DNA from: Patescibacteria group bacterium
GTDB lineage: Bacteria; Patescibacteriota; Minisyncoccia; Phycocordibacterales; UBA1550
Assembly (NCBI GenBank): GCA_038062675.1
Contig: JBBTWP010000003.1
Location: 129,378 to 193,377, forward strand
Direction: 5' to 3'
DNA length: 64,000 nt
Shown here: in pieces, positions 29,163 through 38,102 of the stretch
Position numbering within the stretch: position 1 is the first letter of the stretch
Layout: every line of letters begins with the position of its first letter
Made by a program: the position numbers and the translations under genes
Notes under the pieces: model-generated
Seen by the model: only the letters and a program-made list of their open reading frames with translations
The model's database searches: none
Told to the model about the DNA's origin: nothing

Positions 29163-30347
29163 ATGAATAAAACTGTCCTAGGAAACCCGCTTGAGGCCGT
29201 AATTGAGTTTATGGCTTGGAAGGGGTGGTCGTCTTACTCTTGTGAGTCTTGCGGAAAAACCTTTTTCGTTAAAACATCAGTCATTCTGAATAACACAAAT
29301 TGTACGCGCGGTAAATGTTCTTTCGTGGCGGATTCATTTGTGGATCTTCCAAAGAAAAAGAAAAAGGTTTCACCTGTTGATGCAGTTGCAATAATGGAGA
29401 AACATTTTACTTCGCTTGGCTTTATGTTGGTTCCACCAAGGAACATTGCAAATTCTGATGGCCGTACCGATCTTGTTATTGCTGGTGTTCAAATGTTTGA
29501 CGACATTATTCATCAGAACAAAGAAGTCCGTGAAGAAAAGATGTTCGTTGCACAACCATCCGTCCGCATGCAATTTCAGGCACAGGTGCAATCTCAAGAG
29601 GGGATATCAACATCCTTCGTGAACGTGTGCACTGAAAAGATGGGTTCAGGATTTGATACTCACCTTGAGGCTGTTGATCATTGGTGCGGAGTTCTCTCTA
29701 GGCTTGGTTTGCATATGAATGACCTAGTCATCGTCATGCGTACCTCGCAAAAAGATTGGGGGACGGGACCGTTTATTGCTTCGGAACTCTTCTTTGTATA
29801 TGGAGGGCTCGAATTAGGAGATGCAGCATATCTTCTAATCCCACAGTCCTCACGGGACCCACTACCGATTAGTGATATCGGTTTTGGTCTAGAGAGAATC
29901 GTATGGGCAATGAATAAAACCGAGTCATATTTCGATGTGATTACCCCATGGACTTTTGGTGGCTCAAAGGAAATGTTTGATTCATGTCGTACACTCGCAT
30001 TACTTGTTATCTCTGGGGTAAAAGCAAGCAATAAAGGTCCAGGGCTTCAGTTTAGACGTTTCGCAAAAGCCCTCAGTGAGAAGTATTACGGAGAAGATAT
30101 TTTTCAAATCATTCTGCACTACTTCGGCTACTGGGAATGTTTCATTAAGCCCTCAGTAAGTAGAGTCGAAGCGCTCCAGACGGTGCGGTTAGAAGTTGAA
30201 AGGTTTATCAATCTGAGAATAGGGCAGATGATGAAGCTCCCGCCTCCTCGCGAGGAAACAACAGAGGCATATTTTAACCGCTTGGTGTATACTCATAGTG
30301 TAGATATTTACGAGCTACGCAAGGCGATAAAAACATGCAAAATATGA
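29163..30347 (+). CDS. Truncated AlaRS-like (class II aaRS core) paralog, archaeal-like
   Basis: CESCGKTFF Zn motif, AGVQMF, QPSVR, GLELG, DIGFGLERIVW, D..RTL.....G...SNKG.G...RR; no editing or C-Ala domains. Confidence 0.78.
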   Translation: MNKTVLGNPLEAVIEFMAWKGWSSYSCESCGKTFFVKTSVILNNTNCTRGKCSFVADSFVDLPKKKKKVSPVDAVAIMEKHFTSLGFMLVPPRNIANSDGRTDLVIAGVQMFDDIIHQNKEVREEKMFVAQPSVRMQFQAQVQSQEGISTSFVNVCTEKMGSGFDTHLEAVDHWCGVLSRLGLHMNDLVIVMRTSQKDWGTGPFIASELFFVYGGLELGDAAYLLIPQSSRDPLPISDIGFGLERIVWAMNKTESYFDVITPWTFGGSKEMFDSCRTLALLVISGVKASNKGPGLQFRRFAKALSEKYYGEDIFQIILHYFGYWECFIKPSVSRVEALQTVRLEVERFINLRIGQMMKLPPPREETTEAYFNRLVYTHSVDIYELRKAIKTCKI

Positions 30348-31033
30348 ATAAGGATAACAAAATATATTTGTCGGGAGGTGGTAATGAACATCAATCATCC
30401 ACCCTCGACAAATTTTTTTTTGACTCGATCCCACAAGGAGGTAATTTTTTATACATTCCCGTAGCGTTACGCGGGCACAAGTTGTTCCCAACTGCTAATT
30501 TGTGGATGAATGGGATTTTAGAGATGCACAAAAGGACTGATATTCAATTTGAAACATTAGATGATCTTTTAAGTAAAAATATTGATGATCTAGAAAAATT
30601 TGATGCTATATATATAGGTGGTGGGAATACATGGAGTCTCTTGAAGGAGTTTGAGGAATCTGGTTTCTCAAAGACTCTAGTCCAGTACCACAACTCTGGT
30701 CACTCCGTGTATGGAGGTAGTGCTGGGGCAATTATTTTAGGCGCAAAAATAAATACACATGACGACAAAAATGAAGTAAGTTGGATAGATAATAATGGTC
30801 TAAATTTGTTGAATAATTATTCAATTGCTTGCCACTTTAAAAATGAGGACGAGGAAAGGTTTAAAAATTGGGCAACAGAGAATAATCTACCAATAATTTG
30901 CCTTTTTGAGGAAACAGGATTAATTATTGGTGATGCAAAAATAGAATGTGTTGGTACTAAACCTTTTTTTCTTTATACTCCTCAGGGAGAGAAGTTGATG
31001 AAGGAACCAGGAGAAACACTCTCTTTGTTATAA
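30335..31033 (+). CDS. Peptidase S51 (dipeptidase E/cyanophycinase-like)
   Basis: LSGGG, YIGGGNT, GGSAGA nucleophile elbow, ACHF; overlaps the upstream gene. Confidence 0.85.
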   Translation: MQNMNKDNKIYLSGGGNEHQSSTLDKFFFDSIPQGGNFLYIPVALRGHKLFPTANLWMNGILEMHKRTDIQFETLDDLLSKNIDDLEKFDAIYIGGGNTWSLLKEFEESGFSKTLVQYHNSGHSVYGGSAGAIILGAKINTHDDKNEVSWIDNNGLNLLNNYSIACHFKNEDEERFKNWATENNLPIICLFEETGLIIGDAKIECVGTKPFFLYTPQGEKLMKEPGETLSLL

Positions 31034-31034
31034 A

Positions 31035-31068
31035 AAAAGTGCCACACGCTTTAGGCGTGGGCACTTTT
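31035..31068. terminator. Bidirectional terminator
   Basis: aaaagtgccacacgc-ttag-gcgtgggcactttt between convergent genes. Confidence 0.7.
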
Positions 31069-31077
31069 GTCTGCATT

Positions 31078-32337
31078 TTAGTATAGATTAATTTCTCCTT
31101 TCACAATTTTTTGGGTCGTTTCATTTGCGTTCGCGAGGCAACGCTCAACAATCCCTTCTATAAATTGTCTTTGTGTGGGTGAAATACTCCCACCATAGAC
31201 ATCGACATAGACAGACCATGGATCTGAAATACTGCGGCCCATTTGTGATGTTAGGTATACGCAGGTTTCAAGTCCCAGCAAACTAAAAATTTCACTGGAA
31301 ATGAGCGATCCGATTGCTGTATAAATCTTGCCTACATGATAGACAGGATTTTTACCACAGCAAGCTTCTATGCTCATGTGCCTCGTAAAGGGGATAATTC
31401 CATTGTAACGATTCCCTCTACCAACAACTCCCTCGTCGCCACTCTCGATCGCACTACCGGTTAACGTGAGGTAGTAGTCTGACTTGGATGGGTTGTCTCG
31501 TGTGTTAAGCGAAACAGACACCTCGTAGTTCTTGTACTGATTAAGCACTAACTCTTTAATTAATTGTTCAAGGAGAGCAAGCTTTTGTGCGTAAAATTCC
31601 TTGTCAGGGGTATGTAGGGCAATGAAAGGAACGCACGCAGTAATACCCACCTTCTTTTGTATGCGCCTAGCCATAACTTTGATGTCTGACCCCACAAAGG
31701 GATAAAGTTTTTTGAATTCTTTGCTATTGAGAGTGTTTTCCGCAAGGATAACGATCTTTTCGGTGACACTTAGTGGGCTGTAGGAAACAGTCGTAGAAGT
31801 ATCATTCGAACGTAAGCTATTGTCGTGGAAAACAGCAAACTCTTTTTGCGGGACCTCAAAGAAAAATTGACGCTCGTTCAGTGTAGACCCGTCTGCCTCA
31901 TAGACAACCCCTGGACCAGGTGCAAAGTGCGTATTATTCACAATCATGAGCCACTTATCCAGATCGAGAAGAGGTAATACCTCCCCGAAATGTTTGCGAA
32001 CGACATCGGTTACTATTTCAAGATAGGGGATTGTTTCGTTCTGGTATGTTCTGGTGAATCGGCAATTCAGATAAAGCCGTATTGGCATTTGCATTTCACC
32101 GCCACCAAATTTTACCTTTGCCGAACCGCCCGAGAGCGCAATCTTGTCTACCATGTGACGGAGGATAATACCGTAATGATCTAAACAGTACTGCGAATAC
32201 GCCTGAGAGACTTTCTCCGCGATGGTGTCACAAAGTGTGTCTGGGTGACCGATACCTTTTCTTTCAACTACTTCATAGTCAGTATCGTCGATACAGGGTT
32301 TACCCGAAGCGCTTATAAACAGGTTATTTTTATCCAT
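31078..32337 (-). CDS. Archaeal-type methionine adenosyltransferase (SAM synthetase)
   Basis: VERKGIGHPDTLCD, NDTS, G.DIKVM, LT.TGS..ESGD.G.VGRGNR, EA..GKNP.YHVGK; GGAGG RBS. Confidence 0.9.
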   Translation of the reverse strand: MDKNNLFISASGKPCIDDTDYEVVERKGIGHPDTLCDTIAEKVSQAYSQYCLDHYGIILRHMVDKIALSGGSAKVKFGGGEMQMPIRLYLNCRFTRTYQNETIPYLEIVTDVVRKHFGEVLPLLDLDKWLMIVNNTHFAPGPGVVYEADGSTLNERQFFFEVPQKEFAVFHDNSLRSNDTSTTVSYSPLSVTEKIVILAENTLNSKEFKKLYPFVGSDIKVMARRIQKKVGITACVPFIALHTPDKEFYAQKLALLEQLIKELVLNQYKNYEVSVSLNTRDNPSKSDYYLTLTGSAIESGDEGVVGRGNRYNGIIPFTRHMSIEACCGKNPVYHVGKIYTAIGSLISSEIFSLLGLETCVYLTSQMGRSISDPWSVYVDVYGGSISPTQRQFIEGIVERCLANANETTQKIVKGEINLY

Positions 32338-32553
32338 GTTACCAACCTCCAAATGGGTTAAAAAATTGTGAATGTACTGGTAGCCAACTGCTTGCACTCT
32401 ATAATTTTTTTAAAGAGTTGTCAATTTTTTTTGGGCGTGCAATCGTTGGTAATGATTTACACAGCTCTATCCAATTTTAGATTCCTGCTGAGTAAAATTT
32501 ATTTGTGAGTTTGCCACTCACAGAACTACACTAGTGGTGGTTTCTGGTATACT

Positions 32554-33516
32554 ATGAAGTATATGAGATTCGGTAATTTCGAAGGGATGAACCAAAAGCC
32601 TCTCGGGGAGGGGGATGAGAAAAAAGTTTTCATTAACCCCGAAGACGAGGGGAGGGTTATTGCTGTCACTAAAAAAGAGGCAGGAAAAGACACTCCGCGC
32701 CAACTCAAAGGCAGATACTATCTCACCAAAATAGCGCACATGCTTTTGCCCCAGCATGTGCCGGATATTTATCAAGCGGGAGAGTCTCAGAGTGGCGTGC
32801 AAACCGTTGATGCAGAGCGCATTGCACATACACAAGGACACGCACTTTTACAAGAAGCGCGTCAATTGGGAGAAGGGGAGGAGTCTGCACATCAGCAAAT
32901 TATCAAAGAAATGGATGGTGCGATGACAAAAGTGGATATGGAGCTTGAGCGCATTGGGCTTAGTTTTAATATTGACGCAAATGTTGGGAACTACACAAAA
33001 GACGAAGCAGGAAATGTATATTATCTCGAAACGTTCAAACCTTGGCAGGTGGATGTTGCAAACCCGAAAGAGCTCGAAGTGCTTTTTGATGAAGAAGAAA
33101 TGAGGATTGCTATTGATGGGATGGCTGACCAAGAGGCAAAGGCGGAATGCATGAATCATTTGGAAAGACTTCTTGCGCTCCTTGAAGAAGAGCGACAGGA
33201 GCTACGAGAACAACCGGAAGCGATTTCAATAGAGTGCGGTCCGCATGTTCAAGAACTTGAAGCGACACTCGAACCGTTTCTTAAAGAAGATGTTCTTGCT
33301 GTTTTGCATACCATCCAAACGGAAGACGATGCTATAAAGAGCAAGGAGCGAGCGGATGCTAAAAAAGTTCTTCTCGTCGCATTTAATAAGCTGAAATTCT
33401 TGCAGAACGAAACAAATATCACCACAGAAGAATATGCGCGACTACAGGCGAAATACAAAACTCTCGATCGTGCGATAGGGGTGGGGAACCGCGGGGTGAT
33501 TGACCATACGAGGTAA
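32554..33516 (+). CDS. Hypothetical protein, possible kinase-like fold plus acidic helical tail
   Basis: LGEGDEKKVF Gly-loop-like; D..VGNY...VYYLE catalytic-loop-like. Confidence 0.5.
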   Translation: MKYMRFGNFEGMNQKPLGEGDEKKVFINPEDEGRVIAVTKKEAGKDTPRQLKGRYYLTKIAHMLLPQHVPDIYQAGESQSGVQTVDAERIAHTQGHALLQEARQLGEGEESAHQQIIKEMDGAMTKVDMELERIGLSFNIDANVGNYTKDEAGNVYYLETFKPWQVDVANPKELEVLFDEEEMRIAIDGMADQEAKAECMNHLERLLALLEEERQELREQPEAISIECGPHVQELEATLEPFLKEDVLAVLHTIQTEDDAIKSKERADAKKVLLVAFNKLKFLQNETNITTEEYARLQAKYKTLDRAIGVGNRGVIDHTR

Positions 33517-33924
33517 ATTCAACTTTTTGGGCAATTTGGAGTATACGAGTATAAGTAGTGTCATCGCGACCATAGAGGAAATAATTAGAAAAAAATAGAC
33601 CCAATATCGTTAAAATTGTTCTTTTTTCTGATATTTTAACGAAAATGATTGACTTAATCGTTAAAATTAGTGAGGTGGCGCCAGCGAACCGGTTTTTCTT
33701 GGTAATTTGGTTGGCATGAGTATTGTACAGGTATAATACGAGTATAAGTATACTTGTTGTGGGGTGCATGAAATTTAGCTTGTAAAAATCATATTTGAAA
33801 TAAGGCAAAAATGAAATAAAACGCGGGGGAGGGGTCGCGCTCAAGGGATCTTTTGCGACCCGATTCCACAGAATCGAAAATTCCTTTAAAAATAAGCAGA
33901 AAAATGCTAGAGTTTGGGGATAAT

Positions 33925-34299
33925 ATGGGAATTTTTGATATATTAAGCAGTGCGGCAAAGATAGCTAAGGAATCTGGTAAACTAGAATTACAAGGGGAGA
34001 TTTTGGGTGTTTATGAAAAACTTTTGGAGCAACAAAAGAAAATTTCGGATTTAGAAACTGAGAATCGAGAACTGAAACAACAACTTAAGACAAAAGAAGC
34101 TCTTGTTTTTGAAGGTAATGTTTATTGGATAAATGACAATGACAATGACAAAAAGAATGGACCTTTCTGTAAAATTTGTTATGAAAAAGAGAATAAGATG
34201 ATCACTTTAGATATTGGAAGCTTTGGTTTTGGTTCATCGAGAAATCTAGATTATTATCAATATCATTGCTTGGTATGTAAAAATTATTTTAAGAAATAA
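33925..34299 (+). CDS. Coiled-coil protein with C-terminal Zn ribbon
   Basis: Heptad segment; GPFCKIC...CLVC. Confidence 0.7.
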   Translation: MGIFDILSSAAKIAKESGKLELQGEILGVYEKLLEQQKKISDLETENRELKQQLKTKEALVFEGNVYWINDNDNDKKNGPFCKICYEKENKMITLDIGSFGFGSSRNLDYYQYHCLVCKNYFKK

Positions 34300-34300
34300 A

Positions 34301-36400
34301 ATGAAACTCACCGACAACGAAAAACGAGATGTGATGAAGTATTTGGAGGCGGGGAAACCGCTTCCGGAGAAGTATCGGTTCTTGCTGTTTGGAGATGCGC
34401 AGGAGGTGGAGCTACTTTGGAATGGGAAGACGAATGAGGTGACGAATGTAGTGTTGCCGTTTCAGACTATTGAGCAGATAGATGAGCCGAGGAGCAATGA
34501 GAAGTTTGGTAATCAAGCCTCACTTTTTGATATGTCGGGTAGGCAGATAACTGGCTGGACTAATAAATTGATTTGGGGCGACAACAAGCTCATTCTCTCG
34601 TCGCTCAAAAATGGTCCGATGCGAAAAGAGATAGAAGCGCAGGGCGGTTTGAAATTGATTTACATCGACCCGCCGTTTGATGTGGGCGCGGATTTTTCTA
34701 TGGATATTACGATCGGTGAAGGCGAGGATGGTGAAAGTTTTACTAAAAAACCGTCGGTGATAGAAGAAATCGCCTACCGTGATACTTGGGGCAAGGGCGC
34801 GGACAGCTTCATTGCGATGATTTATGAGCGTTTGAAATTGATGCATGATTTGCTTGCGGAGGATGGGAGTATTTATGTGCATTGTGATTGGCGGGTAAAT
34901 AGTCACATGAGACTGGTTCTTGATGAGGTTTTCGGGAGGGATAACTTTATTAGTGAAATAATTTGGTATTACCAGAATGGCGGAGGGCGTTCGAAGTCTT
35001 CATTAAGCAGACAGCATCAAACCGTACTCTGTTATAAAAAAGGAGATAATTACCTATATAATTCTGTAGATATGGCAGTTCCATACAAGGAGACAAGTAT
35101 GTATTCTAAATATGGAATCACTAGTGAGGCAGACAAGAAGTATAGTGCATCTGAGGGTGGAAAAAATATGGATGATGTTTGGGTTATAGATTTAATTAAT
35201 CCATCTGCAAAGGAAAGGACTGGATACCCTACACAAAAACCCGAGAACTTTATTGAAAATATCATTAAGGCATCTTCAAACGAAGGCGACCTCGTTGCTG
35301 ATTTCTTCTGTGGTTCGGGCACCACGCTTGCTGTTGCGGAAAAACTTGGCAGAAAATGGATTGGTTCTGATTTGGGGAAATTTGGTATACATACATCGCG
35401 CAAGCGATTGATTGGTGTACAGCGTGAACTCAAAAAGGCGGGCAAGGATTTTCGCGCATTTGAGATTTTGAATGTGGGCAGGTACGAGCGCGAGAACTTC
35501 CTTGCGGTCAATGACGACCTGCGCGCGGAGGAAAAAGCAAAGCAGGCAGAGCGAAAAGAAAAAGAGTTTGTGAAGCTCATCATTTCGGCGTATAAAGCGG
35601 AACCAATCTCGTCTTTTGAGACGATGATAGCAAAGAAGCGCGACAGATTGGTCGCGATCGGACCTATCAATGCGCCTGTTTCAGGGAAATTCATCGAGCG
35701 TATCATCAAGGAATGCGGAGAGAACAACATTACCAAAGTGGATGTCCTCGGTTTTGATTGGGAGATGGGCTTTGACCGCCATGAGTTTGGCAATAGCGGT
35801 ATCGATATTGCGCTCAAGGTCATTCCTAAAGAAGTGTTTGATAAACGCGCGGTGGAAAGAGGACAGGTGAAGTTTTATGATGTGGCGTTTATTGAGGCGA
35901 AGCCAATTATTGCAGGCAGGGGGAATATCAAGGAGCTTTCCATTGAGCTTGCCGACTTTTCTGTTTTTTACAATCAAGATGACTCGGGTGAGATAGCAGA
36001 GGCGCTTCGCCCTGGGAGCTCCAAGGTGGTGGTAGAAAACGGGCAGGTGATAAAGCTCAGCAAAGATAAAGTGACGGAGGCGGTGACGCGAGAGATTTTG
36101 ACGAAAAAATGGAGTGACTGGATAGACTACTGGGCGGTGGATTATGATTTTGCGGACAGAAAAGAGATAATCAAAGTCGTAGAAGATGGCGAGGAAAAAG
36201 AGGTGTGGACAGGCGACTACATTTTCGACAACGAGTGGCAGAGTTTTCGTACAAAAAGAGCCTTTCGAAGTGGTAAATATCAAGATATCGAGCTCGTCTC
36301 TGCGCCAAAGGAGATGCAAAAAGGGACTTACAAAGTGGCGGTAAAGGTCGTGGACATTTTCGGGAATGATACAACGAGGGTGGTGGAGGTTAAGATATAA
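34301..36400 (+). CDS. Type III restriction-modification Mod (N6-adenine MTase)
   Basis: YIDPPF, YPTQKP, DFFCGSGTT. Confidence 0.92.
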   Translation: MKLTDNEKRDVMKYLEAGKPLPEKYRFLLFGDAQEVELLWNGKTNEVTNVVLPFQTIEQIDEPRSNEKFGNQASLFDMSGRQITGWTNKLIWGDNKLILSSLKNGPMRKEIEAQGGLKLIYIDPPFDVGADFSMDITIGEGEDGESFTKKPSVIEEIAYRDTWGKGADSFIAMIYERLKLMHDLLAEDGSIYVHCDWRVNSHMRLVLDEVFGRDNFISEIIWYYQNGGGRSKSSLSRQHQTVLCYKKGDNYLYNSVDMAVPYKETSMYSKYGITSEADKKYSASEGGKNMDDVWVIDLINPSAKERTGYPTQKPENFIENIIKASSNEGDLVADFFCGSGTTLAVAEKLGRKWIGSDLGKFGIHTSRKRLIGVQRELKKAGKDFRAFEILNVGRYERENFLAVNDDLRAEEKAKQAERKEKEFVKLIISAYKAEPISSFETMIAKKRDRLVAIGPINAPVSGKFIERIIKECGENNITKVDVLGFDWEMGFDRHEFGNSGIDIALKVIPKEVFDKRAVERGQVKFYDVAFIEAKPIIAGRGNIKELSIELADFSVFYNQDDSGEIAEALRPGSSKVVVENGQVIKLSKDKVTEAVTREILTKKWSDWIDYWAVDYDFADRKEIIKVVEDGEEKEVWTGDYIFDNEWQSFRTKRAFRSGKYQDIELVSAPKEMQKGTYKVAVKVVDIFGNDTTRVVEVKI

Positions 36401-36402
36401 AA

Positions 36403-38019
36403 ATGAAAACTTCAATCGAACAATTAGATAGTTGGCTACAAAATCAAGAGGGTTTGAATCTTGAGTTTAAAAAAGCAGAAAATAGTTTTAGCAATACTGA
36501 GCTTTTTAATTACTGCAGTGCGTTGTCTAATATGGGCGGTGGAAAGTTAATTTTCGGCATTGAGCCCAAAGAACACAAAGTTGTAGGGACTAACCTGTAT
36601 TGTGGTACTTTCAATATTATCCCGAATCAGATTTTTCAAAAGCTCGGTGTCCGTGTTGACATAGAAGAAATAGAGCACCCTGATGGCAGAGTTTTAATTT
36701 TTCACATACTGGATCATTACATCGGGAAGCCAATAAAATCAAATGGAACCTACTGGATGCGGTCAGGGGAATCGCTTACGCCTATGGACGAACAAACTCT
36801 TAGGAATAAACTTAATCAACATGAGCAAGATTTTTCGGCTTCAGTTGCCACTGGAGTCACTTTTTCTGATTTAGACAACGAGGCAATTTCTGTTTTGCGA
36901 AATATTCTCATAAAAAATAACAAGAAGACACTCACTGACCTAAGTGATACGAAATTGCTTACGGCCCTTGAGCTGACGACAGAGAAGGGTGTGACTTTTG
37001 CAGGGCTTATTTTACTCTGTAAGAAAGAAAAGATTGATGAATTGCTTCCTTGCTCAGAAATTATTTTTGAATGGCGACAGGAGGAAAAAATCAGTCATGA
37101 TTTTCGCAAAGAATGGAGGGAATCATTTTTGAAAATATACGATGACATATGGAAAACAATTAGCGATAGGAATAGTCGCATTCCAATTCAAGAAGGGTTA
37201 ATACAAAGCGAGATCCTTGCGTTCAATGAAAAAGCCATAAGAGAGGCACTTTTAAATGCAGTCACCCATAGAGACTATTCTGTCCAATCGCAATCCGTGT
37301 TCATTAAAGCAGATTCTAAAAATTTAATAGTGATTAGTCCGGGCGGGTTTCTTCCTGGCATAACACCAGACAATGTAATAGATAAACAAGCATGGAGAAA
37401 TCGCAGACTTGCGGAAGTCTTTCAAAAATTAGGGCTTGTTGAACGGGCAGGTCAGGGGATGAACCAAATTTTTGAAACCACTATTCGTGAAGGGAAAGGA
37501 CTCCCTGATTTGTCAAAATCAGATGACTTCCAAGTTGTGTTAGATATGCCAGCGAGAGTAAAAGATAAAGACTTCATCTTGTTTTTGGAAAAAATTTCTC
37601 ACGAAAGACAGACAATTTTTTCTTTTGAAGAAATATACGAACTAGAATTATTGAGAGAGAATAAGGTTGTTAATAATCTAAAAAATAAGAATAAGTTTTT
37701 AGAATTAGGTATTATTGAGAAAATTAACAAAACTAGTGGTACAAAATATATTTTATCTCACAAATATTATAGGTATGAAAATAAGCCAGGTGTTTATACG
37801 AGAATAAAAGGGTTAACGAGAGAACATAAGAAAGAATTGATTTTGAAACATATAGAAAGAGAAGGTAGTGGAAAGAAAAAAGATTTTAGGGATGCATTCC
37901 CAGACTTGAAAGTAAGTGATATTTCTAATTTTCTTCAAGAATTAAAAGACGAAGGAAAGATTCAACGAAAAGGTTCAGATAGGGCAGGATATTGGGTGCT
38001 TGGAGATAGTCCGAATTAG
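36403..38019 (+). CDS. Schlafen/AlbA_2 + HATPase-like + wHTH protein
   Basis: E...LEFK.A, ALSN.GGG.LIFGI, REALLNAVTHRDY, SPGG, RN..LA, VE.AG.G; C-terminal HTH. Confidence 0.85.
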   Translation: MKTSIEQLDSWLQNQEGLNLEFKKAENSFSNTELFNYCSALSNMGGGKLIFGIEPKEHKVVGTNLYCGTFNIIPNQIFQKLGVRVDIEEIEHPDGRVLIFHILDHYIGKPIKSNGTYWMRSGESLTPMDEQTLRNKLNQHEQDFSASVATGVTFSDLDNEAISVLRNILIKNNKKTLTDLSDTKLLTALELTTEKGVTFAGLILLCKKEKIDELLPCSEIIFEWRQEEKISHDFRKEWRESFLKIYDDIWKTISDRNSRIPIQEGLIQSEILAFNEKAIREALLNAVTHRDYSVQSQSVFIKADSKNLIVISPGGFLPGITPDNVIDKQAWRNRRLAEVFQKLGLVERAGQGMNQIFETTIREGKGLPDLSKSDDFQVVLDMPARVKDKDFILFLEKISHERQTIFSFEEIYELELLRENKVVNNLKNKNKFLELGIIEKINKTSGTKYILSHKYYRYENKPGVYTRIKGLTREHKKELILKHIEREGSGKKKDFRDAFPDLKVSDISNFLQELKDEGKIQRKGSDRAGYWVLGDSPN

Positions 38020-38102
38020 TAGATTCCGAATGTATTTAGTAGAAAAAATGACAAAAAATGACAAAAAATAAGGGTGTGAATAAGTAGTAAATCAAATAGT
38101 TT

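Noticed and set aside
32338-32430. SAM riboswitch upstream of MAT
   Set aside because: Leader is only ~50 nt and lacks recognisable SAM riboswitch consensus
33419-33958. 179-aa minus-strand ORF
   Set aside because: AT-rich intergenic read-through overlapping two real genes; no motifs
35050-36415. Long antisense ORFs (257 and 244 aa) in mod
   Set aside because: Shadow frames of a well-supported gene, as with the other nested ORFs in the track
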